Virus record (IMG/VR): IMGVR_UViG_2690316121_000006
Reading direction: 5' to 3' (one strand)
Source: a virus
Taxonomy: Duplodnaviria; Heunggongvirae; Uroviricota; Caudoviricetes
DNA: 64,000 nucleotides
Below, piece by piece: positions 51,629 to 61,835 of the stretch. A model generated the notes under the pieces. The model saw only the letters and a program-made list of their open reading frames with translations, was not told the origin of the DNA and ran no database searches. The translations under genes were made by a program, and so were the position numbers. The stretch's first letter is position 1; the number at the start of each line of letters is the position of its first letter.

Positions 51629-51910
51629 ATGTGTGATTTCACAATAATGCTCCTCTCTATCCTTGGCGGGGTGCATTCGTTTCTGAATGGGGTTCGTGAA
51701 AAACGTTACGAAGCGTCATGCAGGCAATTGATGGCCGAGTGTATTGCTGCCGTACTTGCAGGCTTTATAGGCATGTATTTCGCGGAATATAAGGGTATGG
51801 ATGAAAGTCTTCAGAATTGCGTGACTATTATTTGCAGCATCAATAACAGGCTCATTCTTGAAAAGTTACAAAGGATTATCGATTCGTACCTCAATAGAAA
51901 TGCCTCTTAA
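51629..51910 (+). CDS. holin-like small membrane protein (paralog of next gene)
   Basis: 93 aa; LLSILGGVHSFLNGVREKR...AAVLAGFIGMYFAEYKG aligns with the following holin ORF. Confidence 0.45.
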   Translation: MCDFTIMLLSILGGVHSFLNGVREKRYEASCRQLMAECIAAVLAGFIGMYFAEYKGMDESLQNCVTIICSINNRLILEKLQRIIDSYLNRNAS

Positions 51911-51977
51911 GCAACAAATGACCGGTTGAGAAGTTACTTTGCATACCATTACCTCCTGACAACGTAGGAGGGAACTT

Positions 51978-52307
51978 GTGCTTGACACACAGGAATTAGC
52001 TCCAGTTGCTATTGCGCTCCTGCTTTCAGTAATTGGTGGGATAGGCACGTTCCTGATGGATGTCCGAGACGGTCGCCAGTCTGGCAATTTGTTGGGATTG
52101 GTTACGGAGATCTTTGTTGCAGTGACAGCTGGCGCGGTGGCGTACCTATTGGGGCAACACGAGGGCTGGGAGTTATCAATTACGTACTTAATGGTAACGA
52201 TAGCCAGCAATAACGGTCATGAGGTGATTTCAGGGATGAAACGAGTGAATATCGATAGCATTCTGAATGTTCTTACAAGTTTGGTGAAAAAGGGAGGCGG
52301 GAAATGA
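51978..52307 (+). CDS. holin (LydA-like)
   Basis: 109 aa with two or three TM segments; upstream of Dar-like operon as in P1. Confidence 0.5.
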   Translation: MLDTQELAPVAIALLLSVIGGIGTFLMDVRDGRQSGNLLGLVTEIFVAVTAGAVAYLLGQHEGWELSITYLMVTIASNNGHEVISGMKRVNIDSILNVLTSLVKKGGGK

Positions 52308-52747
52308 TTGGCTGGGGTGTATGCGTTCTTGCGTTAGCCTTAGCCGATCGCTATTTGCTAAAACGCAAGGACATCACGCATTTAGAACTTGGTGATGTGG
52401 AAATTAAACCGGGTTTCATCCGGGTGCCGTTCAAGTACCGGTCTAAATTCCCGTTTTTGCGCGGCGCAACGGTCAGATATTGGATCCGCGATGTTCAGAA
52501 GCCGACGACAGTGATTGAAGGTGAACAACGTTGTCTGACGTCGGCTGAACAGGGCGAAAACAGTGAATGGTTGTACATACCCACTGAATATATGGGTAAA
52601 GGAGAGCGACTGTGGCATTTCAACGTCATGGTTACGCATGGCGACTCGTTCATTAACCCGTTGTATCGCATTTTCCCTGTTACTCAGCAAATCCGCAGAA
52701 GTTACGTAATAAATCTCGCACAGGATGTGTCAGATGACGAAAAATAA
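52304..52747 (+). CDS. holin-associated protein (LydB-like position)
   Basis: 147-aa ORF whose start overlaps the holin stop. Confidence 0.35.
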   Translation: MIGWGVCVLALALADRYLLKRKDITHLELGDVEIKPGFIRVPFKYRSKFPFLRGATVRYWIRDVQKPTTVIEGEQRCLTSAEQGENSEWLYIPTEYMGKGERLWHFNVMVTHGDSFINPLYRIFPVTQQIRRSYVINLAQDVSDDEK

Positions 52748-53336
52748 GTATGCAACGGTCGATTTTGACCAGGTTAATGAAAAGGGGCTGAAATCCCTTA
52801 TCGCGGCGATCAATAAAACCGGTGTTACGGTAATTGAGGTTGACTCCAGCAACCGCGCAACAACGAAAGATGGCGTTAAAGTTAAAACCGCAAAGCTGGT
52901 TCTTAACGACGGACAAATTCTTGCCATACAGGTAAACGATACTGGCGATATATCGTCTGTGAAGCTGAATGGAAAAGCTATTCCTAACGCTCAGTCGCCG
53001 GATATCAAGACGCTTGGTACCGTTATGGGACAGGCGGCCCGCAAAAACTCCGCAAAATTCCAGAAATCACTGATCGCCAAAGCGAAGCGTGTTGCCAATC
53101 CGGTAGACAAGAAACCGGCAGTTAAATCCAACTTTCAGCGCCTGCAAGAAGCAAAACAGCGGAATGCTCAGGTGGTTGCCGCTTATAAGTCCGCGCAGAA
53201 TTCGGTGTCTTTCAATCAACAGCAGATCACTGATTTGCGGGCGAAGCTGGATAAGGAGACAGGCCGACTCAATAACGAAAAGGCCCGAAATGGCGAACTC
53301 AAACGCCGTCTTAAGCAACTGAAAGCAGGAAATTAA
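52725..53336 (+). CDS. Hdf-like head protein, paralogous segment to DarA-like N-terminus
   Basis: 203 aa; NSAKFQKSLIAKAKR motif also present in the next ORF. Confidence 0.4.
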   Translation: MCQMTKNKYATVDFDQVNEKGLKSLIAAINKTGVTVIEVDSSNRATTKDGVKVKTAKLVLNDGQILAIQVNDTGDISSVKLNGKAIPNAQSPDIKTLGTVMGQAARKNSAKFQKSLIAKAKRVANPVDKKPAVKSNFQRLQEAKQRNAQVVAAYKSAQNSVSFNQQQITDLRAKLDKETGRLNNEKARNGELKRRLKQLKAGN

Positions 53337-53337
53337 C

Positions 53338-55257
53338 ATGGAACAGTTCAATATCAATAAAGGGGTGACGATCAAGCCTGGGCTGGACGTGCTTCCCCCG
53401 CCAGTGACTGATGATGAATATCGCGCATTAATGGCCGGTGAGGACCGCTATCTGATGACGGAATCCAACACCCTGGAGGAAATCGAGGCTACGTTCTTCT
53501 ATGACACGCCGATCCACTGGTGTGCTACGGATTTACTGGAGGCGATTAGTTCTACTCGTTTGCAGTTACACCGGACCATGCAGGCATTTGTCCGGGCATT
53601 GAACCAGAAGCTGAATGGTACCGGAATCTCTGCGGGGAGTGATAAAACGGGGGATGTTGCCCAGAGCGGCGCGCGCGCGATCGGCGGCGCTGAAATTGGT
53701 CGGGCACGTAACGTTAACGGGCTGCCGGTCCTGCCAGCCATTATTCCGCTCAGTGATGGTCAGACTATCAGCATTGTGTTTCATAGCCCGACAGCGGAAA
53801 ACCGGATCACCAATAGCGATACGCTGGTTGCTTTCCAGTTCTTACTGAATAAAAAAGACGTTACTCACACCGTTGCTCCGATGAGTGGACGTGATATGAC
53901 GCTGGCGCAGGTCACCATGAAACTTGCCAACCTTGCAGAGAAAAACTCGGCAAAATTCCAGCGGGCGCAGAAGAAGAAAAAAGCCCTTGTTGATGAAATA
54001 ACCCAACTACAGGCTGACAGTGACCAGAAAGAGGATGCCATGAGCGACCTCGCGGATCAGGTGGCAGCGGTAGAAGGGCAGAAGGCAGATCTGGAGCAGA
54101 AAATTAACGCTGTTGCATCGGAAGCGGATTCTCTTTATGAAGAGAATGAGCGTTTGCAGACGGAGATTGATCAGCTCAATCGCACTGGTGGGCGCGATAC
54201 CATTGCTCCAGCGGGGATGACTGGTGGGCACTCTCGCGCGCTGACGGATCGCCTTGCCAGTATCAAAAATCGTATGCATATGAACGGGGAAGTGACGCTC
54301 AGTAATGGTGCATCAATGAAGCAATTCATTGAGGACGGCGAAGGGTATATCCAGTTAACCGATTCGGATGGCAGCGTGTACATGATCAAGGCTAAATCCA
54401 TACAGGGTGTGGACATGGCAGATGCGATCGGCAAGCTGTTTAAAGCCTATAAAGCGGGTAATGTATCGGAATATCTGGTCCAACCAGAAGAACATAAACC
54501 GGAAAACGTCGAACCTGAACCAGCGGAGGATACCGGTAGCTCTTCGCCTGAACCAGAAGTCTCTGTAGGTGCATATCGATATGCCCTGCAAATGCGTCCG
54601 GCGGCCCCTGGCGCAATACCTGAAGGTAACAAAGCAATTCTGCCGCGCCCTGATGAAGGTGACCCGTATTATGAATATGCTCGCTACGGCATTGCTACTT
54701 ACGATACCCCGCTTTCTGATCAGCAAATGAGTGAGTACGACATGAAGTTATTGCCTCGCGAGGATTCTTTCGACTTCCTGGCGAAGACACTTACTAATGG
54801 TCCGTTTGGCAAATATGCACAAAAAGCTCTGGAGCTGGCCACCAGCTCACCAGACGAGTTCCGCGTAATGCTGAAAACTCAGTTTCAAAAAATTTTCCCC
54901 AATATTGCGTTTCCTGGTGGCGCTGGCACCGAGAAAATGGTGCAGAGCATGATCAATGCATTGCAGGCCGAAGTCGGTGAGATTACTCAGCCAGAACCGG
55001 CCCCGGCACAGCCTGATGAAACGGTTAGCGAAGCAGATGCAGAGGCTAATAAAGCCATTGAATATCTCAATAACGTGATGGATATACAAAGCACTGACAT
55101 GGCGGAGATCCGTAACGCCCGGGGCAATGTCCGGGAAGCGATTGCAGCCCTTCAGGCTGCCGGACGTTTTGAGGAAAACGAAGAGCTGGTTAACGGCGCA
55201 GCTCGCCACCTGGCTGATCTGTTGGTAGCAATCCAGAAAGCGGGGGTAGCGGCATGA
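53338..55257 (+). CDS. DarA-like capsid-internal antirestriction protein
   Basis: 639 aa (P1 DarA size recalled as 639 aa); central coiled coil; operon context with holins. Confidence 0.45.
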   Translation: MEQFNINKGVTIKPGLDVLPPPVTDDEYRALMAGEDRYLMTESNTLEEIEATFFYDTPIHWCATDLLEAISSTRLQLHRTMQAFVRALNQKLNGTGISAGSDKTGDVAQSGARAIGGAEIGRARNVNGLPVLPAIIPLSDGQTISIVFHSPTAENRITNSDTLVAFQFLLNKKDVTHTVAPMSGRDMTLAQVTMKLANLAEKNSAKFQRAQKKKKALVDEITQLQADSDQKEDAMSDLADQVAAVEGQKADLEQKINAVASEADSLYEENERLQTEIDQLNRTGGRDTIAPAGMTGGHSRALTDRLASIKNRMHMNGEVTLSNGASMKQFIEDGEGYIQLTDSDGSVYMIKAKSIQGVDMADAIGKLFKAYKAGNVSEYLVQPEEHKPENVEPEPAEDTGSSSPEPEVSVGAYRYALQMRPAAPGAIPEGNKAILPRPDEGDPYYEYARYGIATYDTPLSDQQMSEYDMKLLPREDSFDFLAKTLTNGPFGKYAQKALELATSSPDEFRVMLKTQFQKIFPNIAFPGGAGTEKMVQSMINALQAEVGEITQPEPAPAQPDETVSEADAEANKAIEYLNNVMDIQSTDMAEIRNARGNVREAIAALQAAGRFEENEELVNGAARHLADLLVAIQKAGVAA

Positions 55258-55619
55258 CACTATCAGCGATTGAGTTAATGGACCTCAGCGATAAGTTGGA
55301 TGCTCTGATGTCCAAAGCGGCTACCGCGAGTGGCATGGAGTTGCTGGATATCAGCGATGAAATTGACCAGATCATGCAACAGATGGGGTACGGCGCGTCT
55401 GGCGGCGGTAGTGGCGAGGAAAAACAACCTTCGGAACATGATGGTGTGCCAAAACTGGTTGCGGATTTCCTGGCTGATAAATTCGTCGATCAGAGCACTG
55501 ATGCATTTATCGGTACGTTACAGGACTTGAGTCAATATGTTGGCACATACATCGACCTGGACCAGGTTAAACAGCACACGGCGGCATGGATAGCCGCCAA
55601 CATTAAAGAGGCAGCATAA
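55254..55619 (+). CDS. small acidic protein of the dar operon (DdrA-like position)
   Basis: 121-aa ORF overlapping neighbours. Confidence 0.35.
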   Translation: MTLSAIELMDLSDKLDALMSKAATASGMELLDISDEIDQIMQQMGYGASGGGSGEEKQPSEHDGVPKLVADFLADKFVDQSTDAFIGTLQDLSQYVGTYIDLDQVKQHTAAWIAANIKEAA

Positions 55620-55631
55620 GGCGTAACAGGG

Positions 55632-58619
55632 ATGAGCTTAAGCGATCAGGTGGTAATGGCCACCAGCATAGAAACGCTGATCGAGCTGCTAAAGAACCTG
55701 CCCGATTATGGGCGGGTTTCGTATGTGGTGACAGCGAAGGGAGACGAGGTAAAAACAGCGTTTGATATCGTCGATGCCTCAGTTCTTTTGGTATCCAATA
55801 CTCTGGATGGGAAAATTAATCCTGACTATCCCCAGGAACTTCAACCGCGCGACCGGACCCGCGCATCCAGCCTTCTTCAGGTTAACCAGATATCCAAAGA
55901 TTTGCGGCCTGCTCAGCTTACTGATTCCGGTTTATCCAGCCATGGCGCGCCGATAATTGGTGAGGACAATGCCGTTGAGTCAGGTAATGGGCGGACCATG
56001 GGGATCATTAAAGCCTATCAGGACGGTAATGCGGATCGGTATCGGGAGTACCTGATTGAACATGCGACCGAATTCGGAATACGACCTGAAAAGGTTGAAT
56101 CAATGACGGCTCCGGTACTGGTGCGCCGCCGGTTAACGAAGGTTGACCGTGTTCAGTTTGCCAAGGACTCAAATATTTCTGATCTCCAGGAAATGGCAGC
56201 CAGTGAAAAGGCTTTTGTTGATGCCGACAGCATAACACCGGCGATGATGGCGTTGTTTAACCCGTCAGAAAGCGGAGATCTGCTTAGCCGCAGTAATGAC
56301 GCGTTTATTCGCGGATTCATGACGCAAGTTGGTGCCACACAGGCTGCTGGCCTTGTAACGGAAGATGGGCGACCAACACGGCAACTTGTAGACCGTATAC
56401 AAAACGCGATCTTTGCCAAGGCATATAAGGATGCGCGCCTGGTAAGGATGGTTGCAGAAGAACCTGATCCGGATATGCGTAATGTTCTGACGGCGCTTAA
56501 TGCGGCAGCCAATGATTTTGTCCAGATGCAGGCTTTATCAGGAGAAGCGCACAAGCAGGCTGTGACAACTATTGTTGATGGCATTGAGACAGCGGATAGC
56601 CTCGATAAAAAGGCGCTGGCGGCATTGAAAGATGCGGTAGACCTGGTAAGGCAATCGAAGGAGTCAGGCCAGCATATTACCGATGTTATTTCTCAGGGGG
56701 ATATGTTCAGCGAAACGGCCCCGGAAGTGAAAGCACTCGCGTTGTTTATCGTCGCGAATAACCGTAGCGCGAAGCGTATGGCCACCGCCTTTAAGTTGAT
56801 GGCGCAACGTATCAATGATGAGTTACAGCACCAGGGCCAGGCGCTCGGGGATATGTTTGGCGGCGGCGATGTGTCGTTACAGGATATCCTTCGCCAGGTG
56901 TCTCAGGAACTGGAAAACGAAGGTATGCAAGGGATATCCAGCGGTCTTTTCGAGTCAGCTTCCGGCGGTAGTTACAACGGTGTTGCTCCATATACCAGCT
57001 TGCTATTACATCGGGCATCCGGCATCAAAGACATTATTCATCTGATCAGGCTGCTTTCCCGTACAGATCCCCAGGATGAACAGCTTGTGCAAGTGCTTGC
57101 GCATTTTGTTCGAATGCCTGTTGCCGACGTGAATAAATGGTGCCGATTATTCGGTATCAGCAATTCGTTACTTCGCGGATTGTTAAATCACGCATCCTCC
57201 CTTGGGCGCGACGGCTTTGATGAGATAGCGCAGACGATAAAAAACGGAGATATGCCACCAGCTATTGACTGGTTTTCCATTCGCCCAACCAGGGTGAAAG
57301 CATTTCTTAGCGCGGCGCAATCAGTATCACCATTGGCAGAAATGGTTCAGAGGTTATCGCTCATATTCACAGACCATACCGCGTTGGGTGATCTGACTCT
57401 GGACGAGATGAAGGAAGCCTCCATTCAGTGGGCCGATCAACAAAATGAGGTTAACTCAGACTTCTTGCCAGCATTCAGGAAGGCCGTTAGTAAAGCGGAT
57501 GATGCCCGTGGAATTCTGAAGGCATTTAAGGCATTGCAAAGTCGTGTTAATAAACATGTCGGTGATATCGATGGGGTAACGGCGGAAGGCCGGGATATCC
57601 TTAAAGAGCACGGCATAACGCCAGAGTTTATTGATGAGATCAGGACTGATATGCAGCGTGAGGTCGTATCGTCCCTGCAAATCGTAGCCAGAGCGTTGGC
57701 GGATGCTAATCCGAAGAGTGCGGCCATTGTTAACCGTGTTATTGGTGATATTGAAGCATCGGAGGGCATGGGGGCGCTGAAACTCTTCCTTTCGCGAGCG
57801 TTTAATCCTAACGGCAATATTCTCCCCAGCATTATTGGTGAGGCTAAAAAGCATGTCAGTGAAGAAGAACTTGAGCAGCTTAACCAGCTACTCAATCGAT
57901 TTTCATATATCCCGCAGAAACGCTGGCAAATGAATCAGCGAAGTATGGATTCGGTCTACGAGAAAGTGTTATCTGCCATGAACAGTGCGATCGCCAACTC
58001 ATCTGTATCAGAAGAAAAAGCTCTTGAGTGGGCCGACTCTTTTATCACGGAAGAAGTGGAAGAAGCCCGCGCTGGACAGAATGGTGGAATAGACCTGCGC
58101 AAGGAACTTGCTGATATTTATCGCCTGACCGGCGGGAAAATATCAACCTTATCAAGGGTAATTCACCACAAGGGTAGGGCGTATGCAAATCTTAATGGTG
58201 TTGTTGCTGTCGATTTGCACGATGAAAATGCAAATGCACTGTGGCACGAGCTGGGTCATCATCTTGAGTACAGTAACCCGGGTTTGTTAGAGAAAGCCAG
58301 GTCATTCCTGAAGGCCAATGTTGAAGGGGATAAGCCATCTTTCGTTAATATCGGTGGGCGTGGCAAGCCTGAATGGTGCTTCAGATCTCGATTGAGTGAT
58401 ATTTATATGGCGAAGGTATACCCGCCTGTCTCAGTGAGTAATTCTGGTAAATTTCGACACAAATCTCCGACAATTTCCAAAACGTCAGCAACGGAAGTGT
58501 TCTCTATGGCTCTTCAGTTGTATCATGACAAAGAGGCCGCTGCCGCATCACTGATGAATGGTGACGGATTGCTGGAACTGTTATTAGGTGTGGCAAAGGA
58601 GCTAAATAATGCAGATTAA
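55632..58619 (+). CDS. large dar-operon protein (DdrB-like position) with C-terminal HExxH motif
   Basis: 995 aa; motif LWHELGHHLEY near residue 870. Confidence 0.4.
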   Translation: MSLSDQVVMATSIETLIELLKNLPDYGRVSYVVTAKGDEVKTAFDIVDASVLLVSNTLDGKINPDYPQELQPRDRTRASSLLQVNQISKDLRPAQLTDSGLSSHGAPIIGEDNAVESGNGRTMGIIKAYQDGNADRYREYLIEHATEFGIRPEKVESMTAPVLVRRRLTKVDRVQFAKDSNISDLQEMAASEKAFVDADSITPAMMALFNPSESGDLLSRSNDAFIRGFMTQVGATQAAGLVTEDGRPTRQLVDRIQNAIFAKAYKDARLVRMVAEEPDPDMRNVLTALNAAANDFVQMQALSGEAHKQAVTTIVDGIETADSLDKKALAALKDAVDLVRQSKESGQHITDVISQGDMFSETAPEVKALALFIVANNRSAKRMATAFKLMAQRINDELQHQGQALGDMFGGGDVSLQDILRQVSQELENEGMQGISSGLFESASGGSYNGVAPYTSLLLHRASGIKDIIHLIRLLSRTDPQDEQLVQVLAHFVRMPVADVNKWCRLFGISNSLLRGLLNHASSLGRDGFDEIAQTIKNGDMPPAIDWFSIRPTRVKAFLSAAQSVSPLAEMVQRLSLIFTDHTALGDLTLDEMKEASIQWADQQNEVNSDFLPAFRKAVSKADDARGILKAFKALQSRVNKHVGDIDGVTAEGRDILKEHGITPEFIDEIRTDMQREVVSSLQIVARALADANPKSAAIVNRVIGDIEASEGMGALKLFLSRAFNPNGNILPSIIGEAKKHVSEEELEQLNQLLNRFSYIPQKRWQMNQRSMDSVYEKVLSAMNSAIANSSVSEEKALEWADSFITEEVEEARAGQNGGIDLRKELADIYRLTGGKISTLSRVIHHKGRAYANLNGVVAVDLHDENANALWHELGHHLEYSNPGLLEKARSFLKANVEGDKPSFVNIGGRGKPEWCFRSRLSDIYMAKVYPPVSVSNSGKFRHKSPTISKTSATEVFSMALQLYHDKEAAAASLMNGDGLLELLLGVAKELNNAD

Positions 58620-58920
58620 AATCGCAGCGCCATTAGGCGGAGATGCCATTATCGAATTTGATGATAATGAAGAAGTTTCCGGGCGTTTAAGCATTATCTC
58701 CGGTGACATTACCGAGGACATGATCGCTGAAGCCATAGCTGGGGCAAATCCCAATAGCTATATGGGATTCGTTAACACCCTTGATGCCCCCGCAAGTGAT
58801 GTTCTCCGAACGCTGCATCTTTACGCTGGCTGGTTTGTTGATTGGCCAGCAGTAGATGGTGGCGATGAGGACGACGACGACGATGATTTTGGTGATCATG
58901 TAGACCAGATCGTATATTGA
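58609..58920 (+). CDS. small protein with poly-Asp C-terminus, last gene of dar operon
   Basis: 103 aa ending GGDEDDDDDDFGDHVDQIVY; followed by terminator. Confidence 0.35.
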   Translation: MQIKIAAPLGGDAIIEFDDNEEVSGRLSIISGDITEDMIAEAIAGANPNSYMGFVNTLDAPASDVLRTLHLYAGWFVDWPAVDGGDEDDDDDDFGDHVDQIVY

Positions 58921-58922
58921 AG

Positions 58923-58951
58923 AAATCCCGCCAATCGGCGGGATTTTTTTT
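58923..58951. terminator. bidirectional intrinsic terminator
   Basis: AAATCCCGCC-AATC-GGCGGGATTT followed by TTTTTTT. Confidence 0.55.
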
Positions 58952-59738
58952 AATCGCTTTCCACTTCTTCCGTGGTGTTTTCTTGCAGTTCTGTTAATGC
59001 AGCACGACATAGGTTCCGGGCATTGGCTATAGCCACACTTTTGACTTCATCCGTCATCGTGCAGGTAATGTACTGATCGAGTTCTTCAGCGCGGATGATG
59101 CTTTTGCCAATCAGAAACTGTATTTGCCAGAGCAGATCGGCATCCATAATCAGAATTTCTGCCGGGCCTTCAGGGCCAGCCGGGAAGGAAACATAAGACT
59201 GTTTGCCCAGGCCGATAACTCGACAACTTGCTTCAAGAATTGCGCGCTTGAGGTCTGACTTTGTAACGGAAACAGGTTGGTTTTCACCAGTGATTATGCC
59301 GTTGATATGGAAGTGGAAGGGCATGTAGCTTGAAATTCGCTCTACTTTCCATACGCCAGCAAGCGATCCTTCATGCAGCACAATGGGGGTAACCGCGAGT
59401 TTCATCTCACCATATAACTGCTGGCAGATAGCTGGATTGCTGAATACATCCAAAGGTTCACACTCAAACAGCGGCGCAATCTGCATGAGGTCCATCATGG
59501 TCATACCAGGGGTACGAGCAGTAATGAATCTGCGCATGCCAGTATCCATTGTGCGCCAGATAGCTACACCATGCTTTTTGCTCACTTCTTCAGTAAAGCC
59601 AAGGTGGCACATGATGGTTTTTTCGATAGCCAGATCAGAGATCGAAACCTTTTCGCCAGGCACACCATCATTATTGATGGTCACTTCGACACTCTGACCA
59701 TTACGCAGGCGGTATTGAATTGCTTTAGTATTTTCCAC
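58950..59738 (-). CDS. hypothetical protein, downstream partner of the DUF2829-domain gene
   Basis: 262-aa ORF with no recognisable motif; 7-nt gap to upstream gene. Confidence 0.4.
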   Translation of the reverse strand: MENTKAIQYRLRNGQSVEVTINNDGVPGEKVSISDLAIEKTIMCHLGFTEEVSKKHGVAIWRTMDTGMRRFITARTPGMTMMDLMQIAPLFECEPLDVFSNPAICQQLYGEMKLAVTPIVLHEGSLAGVWKVERISSYMPFHFHINGIITGENQPVSVTKSDLKRAILEASCRVIGLGKQSYVSFPAGPEGPAEILIMDADLLWQIQFLIGKSIIRAEELDQYITCTMTDEVKSVAIANARNLCRAALTELQENTTEEVESD

Positions 59739-59744
59739 GTTAAA

Positions 59745-60542
59745 TCACTCCACTACAAACCAGTCACATGCCAGTAAGTCGCCTACAGAAGGAACCCACG
59801 GAACAACTACACCTTGTGCATTTTTTAAGGCGAAATAAGCACCATACGGAACGAGGTCACTGGGGAAATATCCCTTAATGGCTTCCATTCGTGCCGGGTA
59901 CTGCCCTTCAGGAACCAGCCAGCAGAATTGGTTTTCGCCGTTCCACCCGCGTCGAGCAACTTTCTTGCCATCCTTCAGCCACATCAGCGCGTCAGAAAAG
60001 TCGGCTGCTTCAAGGTCGATTTCTTCTTGTAGAGTAGCGATACCGCCAGCAGAAATAGTTACGTCCCTGGCTGTAATGAATGTCACCCCGTTGTGACCTT
60101 CAATGCTGAGCAATGCCCCATTTTCGAAGAAGTCGTTAGTCCGACTAAAGCCTTCTTCAAATGTTTTTTCTGGTGAATAGGACAGAGATCCGTCCTCATA
60201 AGCGACCAGATATCCGCCAATTTCTGGTCGGTGTTTTTGCAAAAACATTTTATCAACATGGACTTTTACCCCTTCTGGCTCAACGACTTCGATGTTGCAA
60301 AGAAGGACCACATCCATTAGGGCGATAATTTCGATATCTTTGATTTTTGAGGCACGAACTGTTTTATGGCTTTTGTATTTTGGAAGTGCCGTCAAAAGCT
60401 CTTTCGTTGTCATATTATTCATAGTCTTTCCTCTGCTTAAAACCTGGTGTATTGCGCCTTCAGGTGGGCCAGGAATGTTTTCCCACCAGCGAAAGCAATA
60501 TCTCGGGGTGTTCTTTTCGTGAAAAGCGCGTGCCATTGCCAA
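59745..60542 (-). CDS. two-domain protein with C-terminal DUF2829 (Tad2-like) module; probable start at MNNMTT near 60422
   Basis: C-terminal FSDALMWLKDGKKVARRGWNG ... PWVPSVGDLLACDWFVVE matches DUF2829 pattern; good RBS before internal Met. Confidence 0.45.
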   Translation of the reverse strand: MAMARAFHEKNTPRYCFRWWENIPGPPEGAIHQVLSRGKTMNNMTTKELLTALPKYKSHKTVRASKIKDIEIIALMDVVLLCNIEVVEPEGVKVHVDKMFLQKHRPEIGGYLVAYEDGSLSYSPEKTFEEGFSRTNDFFENGALLSIEGHNGVTFITARDVTISAGGIATLQEEIDLEAADFSDALMWLKDGKKVARRGWNGENQFCWLVPEGQYPARMEAIKGYFPSDLVPYGAYFALKNAQGVVVPWVPSVGDLLACDWFVVE

Positions 60543-60619
60543 CTTTGGCGTTTTTTAGCGAGTTCGTGCTTTTGTTGGCGTCTGGACCACCGCTTTTCTT
60601 TCAATCGTTTTTTACTCAT

Positions 60620-61108
60620 TCAAAACGGAATATCGTCGTCAAAGTCCATTGGAGGTTCGTTATTGGCGTTGCTCTGAGGTTTACCGCCACCACTGTATTG
60701 CTGGTGGTTTTGAGGTTGGTTTGATTGCCCCCAGCCATTTGAGGACTGTGAATCGTCACGGCGAGCGCCGATCATTTGCATGGTGCCGCCCTGGCTGACG
60801 ATAATTTCCGTCGTGTAACGTTCTACACCGGCGTCATCTGCCCACTTACGGGTTTTAAGTTTCCCTTCGATGTAGACCTGAGAACCTTTTCGTAAATACT
60901 CACTCGCAATTTCAGCAAGTTTTCCGAACAAAACGACTTTATGCCATTCTGTTTGCTCTTTCTGTTGGCCCGTTTGCTTGTCGCGCCATGATTCATTCGT
61001 TGCGATGCTGAGTCTTCCGACCGCGCCGCCATTTGGTATATACCTGATCTCCGGGTCTTGCCCTAGGGTACCAATCAGGATGACTTTGTTTACACCGCGT
61101 TGTGCCAC
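60620..61108 (-). CDS. ssb: single-stranded DNA-binding protein SSB
   Basis: 162 aa; OB-fold N-terminus [23 protein letters not shown]; Gly/Gln-rich linker; C-terminal acidic tail DDDIPF. Confidence 0.9.
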   Translation of the reverse strand: MAQRGVNKVILIGTLGQDPEIRYIPNGGAVGRLSIATNESWRDKQTGQQKEQTEWHKVVLFGKLAEIASEYLRKGSQVYIEGKLKTRKWADDAGVERYTTEIIVSQGGTMQMIGARRDDSQSSNGWGQSNQPQNHQQYSGGGKPQSNANNEPPMDFDDDIPF

Positions 61109-61126
61109 TTATCTTACCTAATAAAA

Positions 61127-61143
61127 TAAATTAATTAGAGCAA
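61127..61143. promoter_or_regulatory. C1-repressor operator-like site (1-2 mismatches) between divergent ssb and lyz
   Basis: AAATTAATTAGAGCAAT. Confidence 0.45.
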
Positions 61144-61178
61144 TAATGTATATCTTTGAAACGTAGCTAACAAGTGAT

Positions 61179-61835
61179 TTGCATTATCCTGTGCCTTCTA
61201 AAGGGATCGAGTCAGTCGGTATTGGCTGTGAATGGGTGTTTGTCCTGGAGCGTAAAAAATTCGCTTATGAGGTCTTTATGAAGGGAAAAACAGCCGCAGG
61301 AGGCGGTGCAATTTGCGCTATCGCGGTGATGATTACCATCGTGATGGGTAATGGCAATGTGCGAACCAACCAGGCGGGGCTTGAGCTTATCGGAAACGCT
61401 GAAGGTTGCCGACGTGATCCATACATGTGCCCGGCGGGTGTATGGACTGACGGGATTGGTAATACACACGGGGTAACGCCAGGCGTGCGAAAAACCGACC
61501 AGCAAATCGCCGCTGATTGGGAAAAGAATATCCTGATCGCTGAACGCTGTATTAATCAGCACTTCCGGGGCAAAGACATGCCCGATAATGCCTTCAGTGC
61601 AATGACAAGCGCGGCATTCAATATGGGATGCAATAGCTTACGGACCTACTACAGCAAAGCGCGAGGCATGCGAGTAGAAACGTCCATCCACAAGTGGGCG
61701 CAGAAAGGGGAATGGGTGAATATGTGTAACCATCTCCCTGATTTCGTGAACAGTAACGGCGTCCCCCTGCCCGGGTTAAAGATTCGCCGTGAAGAAGAAC
61801 GCCAGCTTTGCCTGACGGGGCTTGTCAATGAATAA
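61179..61835 (+). CDS. lyz: SAR endolysin (T4 lysozyme-like muramidase, P1 Lyz-like); probable start at MKGKT near 61308
   Basis: N-terminal hydrophobic SAR domain GGGAICAIAVMITIVMG followed by E..D..T catalytic spacing. Confidence 0.7.
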   Translation: MHYPVPSKGIESVGIGCEWVFVLERKKFAYEVFMKGKTAAGGGAICAIAVMITIVMGNGNVRTNQAGLELIGNAEGCRRDPYMCPAGVWTDGIGNTHGVTPGVRKTDQQIAADWEKNILIAERCINQHFRGKDMPDNAFSAMTSAAFNMGCNSLRTYYSKARGMRVETSIHKWAQKGEWVNMCNHLPDFVNSNGVPLPGLKIRREEERQLCLTGLVNE

